In this document: positions 38,701-50,933 of the stretch, piece by piece | Layout: each line of letters opens with the position of its first letter | How positions within the stretch are numbered: the first letter of the stretch is position 1 | Source of the DNA: Diadema antillarum | Taxonomy: Eukaryota | NCBI RefSeq assembly: GCF_040938485.1 | Contig: NW_027271303.1 | Location: forward strand, 186,001-250,000 | DNA length: 64,000 nucleotides | Direction: 5' to 3' | Notes under the pieces: model-generated | What the model was told of the DNA's origin: nothing | What the model saw: the letters and a program-made list of their open reading frames with translations, nothing else | The model's database searches: none | Made by a program: the position numbers and the translations under genes

Positions 38701-39630
38701 GAGGGATCTTTATCCATACTCCACGGATTTCCTTTGTCTTCCACTCATCAAGAGAGTCTGGAGATGAGAATACAGGCACCGTATAGTATGCCAAGACATT
38801 TGTGGCCCACACCAGAATACCCTGTTTTGTTACAAATCATTAGTGATAGCATTTACACCGCTGCAAATCAAAGCGGGATCCAAATCTCGATATCTGCATC
38901 GCTACGCAGATCTTATAAATGGTTTCTGCCAGTGTGGATGGAAAAATCTCACTAGACAGTGCAATTAGCATAAGTGCAACCCAAATTCCAAGAAATCTTG
39001 AGATTATTTCATAATTATTTGAGAAATAGTGTGATCGTTCGTATTGCACTGAGTATCTGAACGCTGGAGCATATTATCTTTTATCCCATCAAATCAAAAC
39101 ACACCCCATGACAATGCAAAAACACAAGGGCAAGGGTTATCATTTCGGCAGATTTCAGATCAAAATCAGTAAGATATCGAATAGTAAGGACTTCCCGCAT
39201 AACCCCTCTCCGAAAATCAAGAAACTACCTCTTTTTGTTTTTTAACTTGGCCTTTAAGATATACACTAGAATAAGCCCAAACATTAATAGTATGTACCAG
39301 ATTGCACTTTGTACTGCTTAAAAATGCTTTAAGCTCCATGCCATGGGAGGGGGAATACACTTTCTTTCGTGCACTCCCCTATGCAACATTCGTGAAAATA
39401 AAACAACTATTTCTATACAAAAAATGTGGCATGTACAATATTTCAAAGTCACTGCATAGCTTTACCTGACAACATCTTCTCAAATTCCTGTACGGTGTTC
39501 CATACATTCAGTTGGTCGTTGGTTGTTACAGTGATGCCACCGAAGACATCCGACTTTCCTCGCAAGATCCTCTTGAATTCCTCCATGCTCTCCTTCCTTT
39601 GACGGCAGCAAAACATCCCCTCGAAAAGCT
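32729..39630 (-). CDS. NUDT6: Nudix hydrolase, NUDT6-like (start codon uncertain)
   Basis: Exons 39630-39466, 38757-38666, 37507-37402, 34890-34786, 33755-33553 and 32971-32729 join in frame. Intact Nudix box GGAVEPGEDLGDAVCREVREETGV. NUDT6-type motifs LRGKSDVFGGITV, RGVWIKIP, GFVYHHA, LPGYASHYIG, FGRSDIYFVC, EIAECQWMP. Candidate ATGs at 39616 and 39586; an upstream exon is likely. Confidence 0.88.
33185..33400. mobile_element. Short interspersed repeat with TTAGGG-like motifs; second copy at about 42308-42512
   Basis: Both copies share GGTGACA..ATTTGCTC...GGGTTAGGGTTATGTTTGT...ATTTATGTTTGGCT...GCAACTG...GCCATGGAACC. Confidence 0.65.
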
Positions 39631-42600
39631 CTGCAGATTAGAGAGAAAATTTCACCCAACTTGAAGGCAGCCTAAGATATATGCACCAGTATTTTATTTG
39701 AAAAGCTTTACAGATGATATGTGGACACGTGAAATGAGCTCATTTCAGCGTTGTACACGATGCGATGATCCCATGTCATTATAACCACAGCTACACGCCC
39801 ATGCATCCTTGGGTCATAATGAGAATTTGGCCCCTAATTAGAGTATACCTAATCATCTTTGCAATGGCACTTAAAGGTCCACATCTGGCATGACCCATAA
39901 AAAAAAAATGGAAGTCTCAAGACAAAATCACACACTCATCAGAGACTCTTTCCTCCTCCATTGTTACCCACAAGGAAGTCTGAAGTTTGACAGAATGGCA
40001 ATTTAGCCTTCTTTAATTTGATAAGATATCTCTGCAGATAGATATTTACACAAACAAAAACATGCGTGGAAGCTCATGAGATAGGACAAACTGTCACCTG
40101 AGAACCAGAAGGGTGCTATCGTGTTTTTAAGATTTGAGAGTAAATTTAATCAATTTCCATGACATATTTTTAAAAGTTTATTTTTAAAATCAAAAGTTGG
40201 TAGACTTATAAGCATTTTTCCAAATATGGGGAGAAATGGCACCCTTGTGGTTTTAATTTGTAACATTTTTCTGAAAATGAAAATAATTTAAAATTGACAC
40301 CATAATTTAGAGGAGATTGAGCCATACAACATAAACTCAATTCCCTCCCCCCCCCCCCCCCCCCCCCCCCTCCAGCCAATGAAATGGCACATTCTGGTAT
40401 GATTTGTGAATGCTGATTACAACATCAGTTTACAATGTTTCAAGTTTTGTCTTTAAATTCATAAGACTGTACTTTTTGAAGGAACTTTTCATGACTTGAA
40501 CCAAATTTAAATAAATTCATCACTGAATATCACCAGGCCTGAGCAGAAATTTTCTAGCAAACCTGCCAAAGATACCCTTTGAGTCTTTTGCATGCAGCAC
40601 ATGCAAAGTGTGATGACTGCAGTAAGCCATACATCAAGTGACAATTGATGCATACTACAGTTGTACACAATAGCAATTTTTATAGTGGACAATGTACAGG
40701 AAAGTGGATGAGATAATGACATCCTTATAAAAACCTCATTAGAAGCTAATTGCTACTTTGGCAACTGTTTGTGTAATGTGGATTTCATGTAACATTCATA
40801 ACCTGGCTGCTGGTTCATCATGCAGGACATATAAAGACAGCAACATTGATTGAAACAAATAAGTCATGAAAACGCAAGGCATGTGTCACTCCGTACGCTT
40901 ACTGGTATTTCAAAGACTTATTTATAATGCAAAGAGTTCTCCCAACACCATGCATTTAGTGAGTCTAATACTTCTTGAATCAGGGCTTACTGACAATTTC
41001 GCAATTATAAAGTACAACTGTAGAGTGGTAAACGGAGAAATGTACACGCACATTGCATTCATATCAAGATCACAGTATTTTCTTGTGCATTGTTAAATTC
41101 TGGCAGAATAAAATGCACAAAATATAAATGCCTGCTGAAACATATGCCAGAAGATTATTTTTTTCTAGCTGATCTCTACAGCTAAATTCTTGGCCAACAG
41201 ATTTGAGCATCTGGCTGGTACTCTGCACCACTGCCACCATGTGGTAGTGGACATATAAACATTATAGGCATGTAGCTTCAAGGAAACCAAAACCCAAAGA
41301 GCAATGTAGATTGAGTGAAAGTAGCAATGTTATTAGAACACATCAGTGAAAGTTTGATGAAAATCACACAATCGATTTGAAAGTTATGAATTTTGAAAGT
41401 TTTGGTGTTGTAATGACTGGATAAGGAGACTACTTCAGTTTATAATCATGTGAGGACAACAATCTATAAAGAAAATTCAACATACTTTCACTTTTCTAGC
41501 TAAATGAAATCGAGCACTTCACTAACCTCTTTCAGAAGGCTGGTTTGCATTTGGTTTCCTTTCCAGCTGAACTAGCTCAATGTGTTTTTATCACTTTCTT
41601 CAGCCCCCACCCTTCTGAAACATACTAGAATTTTCTTTCTTTCTTCCTTTCTTGACACTGTAAGAACATAGATTTCAAATACTTGTACAAGAAAAACAGT
41701 TTTCCTAGCTATGCCAACTCCCTCCGCTCTGGATTAAAAAAAAAAAAAAACAAGCAAAACAAACCAAACAAAACAATACTGAAAACCAAAATCATCAGAT
41801 CCATTCTGGCTTGTAAAGTTTCAGTAATACAATGAAAGTTAAAACTTTAGACAAATATGGCAAGGAAGAAGGAAGGCATTAGAAAGAGTCTCTTGAGCAA
41901 AAGAGGAGAGTCATTCAAAGCTGAAACTACAACTATGGACAATATAAAGTGCTTCCTACAATGTCACATACTTTATATTAGACTGTTTTTCTTCTTTCTT
42001 GGTGACTGGCATACTGCATGTCAAGTGCCTCCCCTGGAATCAAGATATACATGTAGCATGCACACTGCATTCTTGGCATACAATGTACTACTGAAGTTGG
42101 ACGATGAATTCATATGAACCAGAAGAAATCTGAAAACATGATAAAAGTTTTGTGCAAAAAACAAGTGAACAAGTTGAGAGTTGGATGCTAAAGATCACTA
42201 TCTTTATTGTAACAAGCCAAAAATTTCTCTTTCCTGCATGAAAAAAAAAATCAACAAAGTGATACAAGAAATAGTGTTCTAGTTTCTTATAATGAGATAT
42301 CATCACAACGGTGACAATACAACATTTGCTCAGACTGCGATAATTGCTCAGATGGTCTTATTTTCCAATGTTAGGGTTTTAAATTTAGTTTGATGTGAGG
42401 ATTAGGATTAGGGTTAGGGTTATGTTTGTAGGTAGAATTTATGTTTGGCTTTTTAATAGCCCTCGGATATTTCATAGGAGCAACTGCTGCAGGAGCAGAT
42501 GCCATGGAACCTACGTACACAATTGTACCACATCACACACCATGTGAGTCATCACTCATATAATCTGCTTGAGGCCACTCTGTGCTTGAAAATTACAAAG

Positions 42601-43439
42601 ACTGATTAGAACCTTTAACCTTACTGGGGCAACTTATTTGTTGGAATGTGTGGTTAACGTTATATAACCATTCTCAAACACTACTGTAAAAGTGGAAATT
42701 TTCATGCATTTTGCACAACCAGAAGCTAGTGCAAAAATAAAAGCATGCGAACATTTTTACATGCTATGTTCCATTAGTTAATGTACTGATTCTGCGGAAT
42801 TAAAATCACATGAGATTCATCTTACCTGGCCAAGCATGAAAAATTACTAACTTGTGCAAAAATATTCGCCTTTACAGTAACTGCACATCACAGTGTACAG
42901 TGTTGCAGAATACATTGGAAGTATGACTATGATTCATTGATTAGAATTAAGCTATACTGCAAGAACCCAAGCATGGAACTTACCCCCCACCCCCCCCCCC
43001 CCACACACACACACACACAAAGTAGACTAAGTACATAAGTACTGCAAGTTACTGCTGATTACCTTTTACAAGGGTAACACAAAGCTTCACTGTAATACTA
43101 CCAACATGTTATACTACCGGTACTTGTTATGTTAGTTTGTTTGTTTCATTTTTCCATCTCAGAAGACGGCTGGATAGTCCATAGGGCCTATAAAATAGCC
43201 CATACATTATATTCAGCTGTCAGTGTAACTGGTCTTTTTATGATATGGGGTCCACATGAATGTGAGGTGAGGCCACTTCACCGGGATATGCACCCTAGCT
43301 GCTCTTTGCAATATGAACGAATGAAGCGGGATCTTTTGTGTGCATGACTGTCTGACACAATGAGGAACCTTCATCTTTACATCTGAGGGACAGAGCGTTT
43401 TGCCTCTTACTACGAGGGGACAATATGATTTAGACACAA

Positions 43440-43690
43440 CATTGTCCAGTTAGACTCGAGAATCAAACCCGGGTCCTTCGGATCTTGAGCCTGATGCGCT
43501 TCTTGACCGAAAGATCGGTCTGTATCTGGTTGTCGGGAATACATGTATGTATGTTCCGCGGAGACTGCATCTGGCTTCACGGATCCCCTCCTATACGGAG
43601 GAGAGCGATAACGTCACAAAAATAAAAGACTCCTCCGGACAGACGGATCTTTCTGTCTAACACACTTCTAACTGAGCCAAATCACTGCCC
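43440..43690 (-). mobile_element. tRNA-derived SINE head, split by a MITE
   Basis: Minus strand: A-box-like TGGCTCAGTTAG, then the insert, then GCATCAGGCTCAAGATCCGAAGGACCCGGGTTTGATTC (B-box-like). Removing the insert restores tRNA-like spacing. Confidence 0.6.
43503..43659. mobile_element. 157-bp MITE with probable 9-bp TSD (AcademH-like)
   Basis: TIR TTGACCGAAAGATCGGTCTGT / ACAGACGGATCTTTCTGTCTA. Flanks ATGCGCTTC and ACACACTTC differ only as expected from CpG decay of ACGCGCTTC. Confidence 0.65.
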
Positions 43691-46600
43691 TACAAAGATA
43701 TGTGCCTCTGTCAGTATTTGTTTAATCTGCCTTGCAATCAACAAAAACAGCAATAACAACAACAGTTAAACACAGCAGCAAACAAAACATTTTAGAATTT
43801 AAAGGAATGGCATATTAAAAAGGGAAACACTCCTAATAGGTCTGATTATGGCCTTTAGCCAATGTACATGTAGTCTGGGCTTCGATATCCTCTGTGTGTC
43901 TAACTTGAGACTAAACTGCAATTTACCAAAGATCCGGAGGGGCCAAAGGCCCAGATGGCCTTTACTAGCTTGATTGATCGCTGTAGTTGTAGCAAAAACC
44001 AAGCTGCTGATGCAGCTCATGGCGTAGATCACTCAAACGCCATCCCTAGTGACGCACTTCAAATAGTCTACTTTCCAGGCAGTGAAGGCCTTATCCAAAG
44101 GCTAGTCTAATTAGTCGAGATATAATAAAAAACATGTGCTACAAGTGTATACATGTAATATGTCTTCTGACCGTCAGCTGTTTTACGGCTACGGATGCAT
44201 TTGATTTCTAAAAAAACAAACAAACAATTTGAATACTCATTTCATTTCATTAATCTTGATAGAGAGCTCTAGTAACACACTGAGAACAAGTAAAAAATTT
44301 TAGCAGAAATGCAAAAATGACTCTCAATGGAGAGCAAGGGATCTGCTATGTAATTATGTGGACTATGGTACATACTAAATTATGCATTCACAATATCATC
44401 CTGATGAAAGTAATTTGTAAAACACTTTAAGAAGAGCCTAACATAGTAGATAGATTATGATGAGACAACATTTAATCATTTACACCCCTGTGCTGAAACT
44501 TTCATGTCATCACGCTAATCATCATCAGAGATTATTAATTCAACAATATTCAGCCGACCAGAACCCATTATGAAACTGAAACTCATCAAAAATGGCAGAG
44601 TGCACATAAATTTCCTAGTATTGCCTGAACAGTCGGCTGGTTCAATGGAAGCTCAGTTATTAAAGTGAAAACTCCTCATGATGAACTTCTTTGAACATTT
44701 CATCAACCATGAAAAGTAAAAACAAGAACAAGTTGGGTCTTGATGCTGATCTAAGCTTCAAGATGGATTCAAACTTGCTGTCTAACTTCCCTTAGTACCC
44801 CTTAGTGGTACTTCATTCTTAAAATCACATTATTACTTGATAGATATACACCTCCTCTGGGGCCCAACAATCAATTTAAAATGTTGGCAAGTTTTTAGTT
44901 TTTTTTCACTATGTACTATGTAGGGCATACTACACAAAATGCAATTTATCCGCTCTACTTTGATAGAGAAATGATGGCTGAAATCTACAGATGTACTATA
45001 TACATTTGTACGCCGAATATTTCACGAGGTTTTCATATTCGCGAATTTTGTCAGGTGCTATTTGCGAAATTAAAGACACGCGAAAATATTGATTCTGATC
45101 CCGATGTGAGTGTGACGTAGTCGTGTTCACTTCTCCATTCAGCACAGAACTCCACGATTGCGAATTTAACCACTTGTGAAATCGTCGGGAATTCCCGATT
45201 TGCGAAAACTTAGACTCGCAAAATATATGGCAGATATACAGTACTTATTTTGTTCCCCTGCAATCCTTCCTTAACCCATTGAGGACAAGTCCCAAGTACA
45301 TGTATACATGGGCAAGTGTGTATGGAAAACGCGTGTTGTAGAAAAATCAGCCTGTCCGGCTTGGGAATATGCATATATCTTTTGAATACCTCTATCTTCC
45401 CTACCCTACACTCGTACACTAGACTATTACTATTAGAAGACATGTTTTATGCAGATTAGAAGACATGATCAATTCAATCAATTGGCCCATCCCTTGGANN
45501 NNNNNNNNNNNNNNNNNNNNNNNNNNNNNNNNNNNNNNNNNNNNNNNNNNNNNNNNNNNNNNNNNNNNNNNNNNNNNNNNNNNNNNNNNNNNNNNNNNNN
45601 NNNNNNNNNNNNNNNNNNNNNNNNNNNNNNTGCCCTTAAAGCTGGTGTACATGTACAGTGAAGGTGTCTCATTACAATAACACAGAAATTAACTACGGTA
45701 CTTGAACTGGAGAAGATTTTACCTGCAATTACTGTAAAAAACAAACAAAAAAACAAAAAAAAAACCAATTCTTTGGGGATTTACATCATCCCCTAGGTGC
45801 CTAATCAATGATCACTATGAATCATACATTGTCAGATCTACCAAGTCTCATGCATCAGAAGTGACAGTCAAGCTTCTGGGTTTTTTCTCACACTCACACA
45901 CTTGACAAGCTTNNNNNNNNNNNNNNNNNNNNNNNNNNNNNNNNNNNNNNNNNNNNNNNNNNNNNNNNNNNNNNNNNNNNNNNNNNNNNNNNNNNNNNNN
46001 NNNNNNNNNNNNNNNNNNNNNNNNNNNNNNNNNNNNNNNNNNNNNNNNNNNNNNNNNNNGCCGGGGAGAACCAGAATGAGCCAAAATATAGTTGTTAGTA
46101 CGCACCAGACCACACAATTCACACCTACTGTAAATATGCTATAAAGGTCTTTGCTGAAGGAAGGGTGACCCTGTGTATAGCAGCCACCTTGTATTTACTC
46201 AGCCAGCGGCCACTGGATGTAAAATTATCCAACAATAGATTTTCAACTGTGTATCATGGCCACAGACCCAAACAGAGCCTCAACCAAGCTACAATAGGCC
46301 AATAATACAGCTTGTTTTTGTGCTTTGCAGCCATATCTGTCATGCATCATACTCCATGGCAAATGATCATCAACCCTGCATTCACCCACCATGTACAAAT
46401 TGTATACACTTGTCAGAAGCTTGCTTGCTTTGCCTGTACATGCATTCTAGTTTGTAACATGAAATATGTATACAGCATTGTTCAATGTAGAAAACATTAA
46501 TAGCCCATCAATAAAACATGCAAGTGTACACCACCATGTAAACATACATTGTATGCATGTCAACAACGGAACACAATCTATATTTTTATAATTGTACATC

Positions 46601-47931
46601 TATAGATATGAAATGGCAGAAAACCTGAATTTAAAGGCATAATTTACTATATTGCAGATGAAACAAAACCCCAGCGGCCCAGCATTAGTCCTTTAAAATA
46701 GTTTTAAAATTGAGTTAGGGATAGGAATAACCACTGTAAAAATTTGAATCCGTATACCTGGTAATTGATGTCAGGTATAGTTAAATACACAAAATGTGAA
46801 CAATAGTTATGATAAAAATGTTTCCAGACTAGATCATCTATAGTTATGGTTAATTGAGAAAGATACTGAGATCTCCTTAATATTTTAGGCTCTATTGTGA
46901 AAATTTTAGATGGTAGGATACCCATGTTTTGTGATACAACAGACCTATACATACATTGTAAGCATCAAATGTGGTATCTTGAAAATTTTTTTAATCGCTG
47001 CTCCCAAAGGTAAACAGGACCTTTAACATAAGATAGAAGCTTTGACCTGTCTATAATGGCCACTCCATCTTTTTGTCTCTCTTGATTGGGTGGCCACTAT
47101 ATACAGGTTTGACTAGACTGTTCATTTGTGTTATAAAAAAACTTTAAAAAATATTGTTCATTACAATGTACAAATAGCACAGCAACAAAGCAAACATGGC
47201 GATCACATTGAGTTTTGATACTTGACATCATTTTTGTCACGTCAAACTCATAAAAGGCAATCTTCATTAATTAGACTTCATGTCTACAAGATTGATATTG
47301 ACACAAAATACACAATTCACAACTTACCGAAAATGGAGATTTATTATGCAGCGTGTGCGAACAGTACATCGTCTTTCACTGACAGCCATTTTGAATAATC
47401 AGGAGTTGCACCAAATTGCAGCTCCAATCGCATGAACTCCCGATGTATTGTTCGCACACGCTGCATATAATCTTCGTGTCTGGTGTGGGTAAGTGTTGAA
47501 TTGTGTATCATGTCAATATCGATAACATGTACAGGTGTAGACATTAAGTCTAATGAAGACTGTCTTTAATGTGTTTGAGGTGACAAAAATGATGTCAAGT
47601 ATCAAAACTCAATGCGATCGCCATGTTCGCTTTGTGTTCGCTTTGTTGTTGTGCACCATATCCTGGTACAGCCCTGTCGCGTTTTTACAGCGACTGGGCT
47701 GTGTATAGTTAGGGTTTGGGTAACCCCGTCGCGGGGCGCTGTAACACAGTAAGTAGGTACGTATTTGTCCGTATGGGGTCGCTGCTGCGGTTAGGGTTTG
47801 GGATGATATTTTTAACAGGTTTCCCATAAAAATACTAATTTACTATATGAACCATTTTTACACAATCACAGGATATACTTGTTAGCTTATTTCCAATCAC
47901 TGACATAAATGTGAATCAAATTGGTCATCTG

Positions 47932-48049
47932 GGCCCCGTCTTATAAAGCCTTCAAATCAATCACAAGTCCCCAAATCAATCGCAACTTGCATTGCAGCTC
48001 TCAAAAAACTTGTGATTGATTTCTATCACAAGTCTTTATAGACAGGGCC
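47932..48049. mobile_element. PIF/Harbinger-type MITE
   Basis: TIR GGCCCCGTCTTATAAAG / CTTTATAGACAGGGCC with CTG duplication. Confidence 0.75.
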
Positions 48050-49480
48050 CTGGAAGCATCAATATCGACGTCGACTTTCAGGTCATCGCTCAAACAACTT
48101 GCTCTTTGCGAGCGATTGTGGTGTATGCTGCCTGCACAATCTGAAACTGGAAATAGATTCAATTACCATTGTGTAAATTTAGACTCTGTATCCTACGTAA
48201 CTCTGATTTTGGTGCACTTTGGTTTAACGTTAGTGGAATTTTTTATAGGATCTGCAATTTACAAGTCTAACCTGCATTATACATGCCCATGGATACAAAA
48301 AGTAGGGTAGCCTACCACTGGACAGTACCAGTATGCAGTAGACCTACTAGACCTCTAATTACATTTTATTTTTTTTTACATTGATTTTAAGAGCCAAATG
48401 TTACCAAAAAACAAAACAAAACAAAAAAAAAACAACTTAGAAATTACTTACCAGTACAAAAGAAACTTTTTCCAAGGCCAAAAGTAAAAACTGTTTGTTA
48501 AAACGACTAACAACAGTAACAGTCAGTAACACATATTGTTAGATTCTGTGAGTAAAGTTAGATAGGGCAGGGGATGAGAAGGTGTTGGTTTAAATTTATA
48601 ATATATATCATCGGGCTTGTTTACTGGTAACCGCAGCAGCGACCCCAATACGTTACGTCAGCGCCCCGCGCGGGGTTAGTTTATTGGAGGGGCTTTTGCC
48701 TTTACGAGTCAACTAACATATACCAGTATGTCAGTAAATACCAGCGGATTTTACATACACTTGCAGTCCAGTTGCTCCTGTCTTGTCCCCAGGTCGTCGA
48801 TGGTCGAGGTCCACCATCAAATCGCACGACACAAACTGATCTGTCACTGCTCTCCAAGTCGAAGAGCTGAGAGCTCGAGACAAGCTCAAGTCGAGTCGAC
48901 GATGCGATGTGACTGCCAGTGGCAGTGCAGTACGATAGCCAACGTCAAAGTCGAATCAGCCAGCTGTGATGCTTGCTGTCGACATGCTATCCAATGGCCG
49001 AGCCTCTGCATGAATTATACGTATGGAAGGCCATACTATGCAACAATTGTTAAAATTCCTACCTAACTGTTAGTTAGAGGTTATACGTTGAGTAGGATAC
49101 TACTAACGCAAAGAAAAGTATAATAAAAACACATTGAATAATACAATAAAGTAATGTTTTCCTTTGAATATCTATAGTATTCAATTGTAAGTTTTCGTGT
49201 CTTTCTTTTCCAATCTAACTGTTAGGTAAAGGCACATTTGGCTTGCTGCTCTCAGTCACAGCTGATTACTAAATCAGTCAGTAGAAAAAAAACAACAATA
49301 ACATATGCACACGTGTGACTGGTGGCTGAAGAGGTATGACGCATTTTATTCTTATTTCATGGTAAATGGACATTTGGTTTCACTGATTGTTGAAGTTCTG
49401 CTGCTAATAATCAAGATAACTCGTATCATAGCGAGTTATGATACGAGTTATGATACAGTTATGATAGCATTTACGATTTA

Positions 49481-49797
49481 CAACAACTGACACCTCCACC
49501 GCGCCACGATGGCGAGATTTATTGTACAGTCCCACTAATTATGATATGTGTAAGTCAGAGAACAACTCCCTAGGTATATTTGACCCGCTATGACCCGTTC
49601 CCGGGCTTTATGTATAAATTGTGTTTTGAAGTAATGATGATGAGTGATGTGACGAACCACGGTACATTTTGATAACATTATTAGCAGCAACAACTGACAA
49701 CTCCACCGCGCCACGATGGCGAGATTTATTGTACAGTCCCACTAATTATGATATGTGTAAGTCAGAGAACAACTCCCTAGGTATATTTGACCCGCTA
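49481..49797 (+). repeat. 110-bp direct duplication upstream of NLE1
   Basis: 49481-49590 and 49688-49797 are nearly identical (207-bp offset). Confidence 0.9.
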
Positions 49798-50496
49798 CAA
49801 CAAAAGGATCCGAAAGTCGGGGGAGGACAATTTTCTGAAAAATGACATGACATTATTCCCTTGCTCTTCTACTTTAATTTCATATATAACACAACTCATA
49901 AAAGTACTCGGTTGCGGATTTTATTACTTATTTAGCACATGTCGAGTGGTTGAGGGAATCGAGAAAGAGTTGCCTTTGAGAAAAACGCCTTGAAAAGTTT
50001 TCGTTCCGACGCTAACATGATCAAGGAGAGGCGAGGCAGTTTTCACCGCTTGACAATAGAAGGTATATAGGTATGCTCCTAGCGACCTCTGCGATGTTCA
50101 TTCAAGCTTAATGCTAGCGGCCTATGCATGACCAATCAGTAAATTTTAACCCAATTATGATGCCACGCACTGACCAATAGTAATACTTAAAGATCAATCC
50201 CTTGTTGGGTTGCTAGGGGCGGAGTCTAGTTGCGGCGCTAAATCCAAATTTTTGGACACGTTTCTGTTACGTTGAAAGTCGGAAAATCATGGCCCCCCAA
50301 AAAACTAATTTCTCTCCTTTCATTTGATCATTTAGCTTTGAAATTTCGGCGGGTGATAGACAAAACATTACTATTCATTAGACTAGGGCCTACTAAATAT
50401 GCCAAAAACAGACCTATTTTGATGATGTGACTTCAAGCTCGATTTTCTCAACTCAGCCGTCAGCGACTTTAGGATCCTTTTGTTGTAGCAGGTCAC
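49787..50496. mobile_element. Unclassified ATAT-flanked TIR element (710 bp)
   Basis: TIR (T/G)TGACC(C/T)GCTACAACAAAAGGATCC, ATAT on both sides. An inverted sister copy lies at 57088-57764. Confidence 0.85.
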
Positions 50497-50933
50497 ATAT
50501 TATGTAACAACACACAAAAATGTCACCATGCACTAAGGTATTATAGTGCGCTTATGACGCCCCAGTGTGAATTCGCGAAAACAACATTTCGCAAAATTGT
50601 CTGTGATCTCTCCTCATTAGCAAAAATATCTGTACACAATATTAACAGTGTACTGTACCAGGATTTCTTTGTTTGACCTTGTTTTTTGGATATCTCGGCT
50701 CAGTCATTTCAAAACCAATTTTCATCACGTAAAAACGTTCAGTTCTCCTTATTTTAGAATTGTATGCTCTTTAACATTTTTATAGAGTAATTTCCAAATA
50801 TCTAGCAAAACATAAAAACTGAGTCCTCACCTCAACCAATACTGTACCATCCCTTTAAAAGAATTAAAGAACTTTCTTAGATACTAGTGTTACACTTATT
50901 CTTCAATTTTTGTCCTCTTCCTATCAGGTGAAA

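Noticed and set aside
43455-43500. tRNA-Leu(CAA)-like anticodon arm
   Set aside because: No complete cloverleaf, degenerate B box and interrupted by a MITE; treated as a SINE head.
47344-47544. 66-aa ORF and a nearby ATGGCT plus donor as the NUDT6 first exon
   Set aside because: Lies in a foldback repeat, and the phase-2 donor is out of frame with the next NUDT6 exon.
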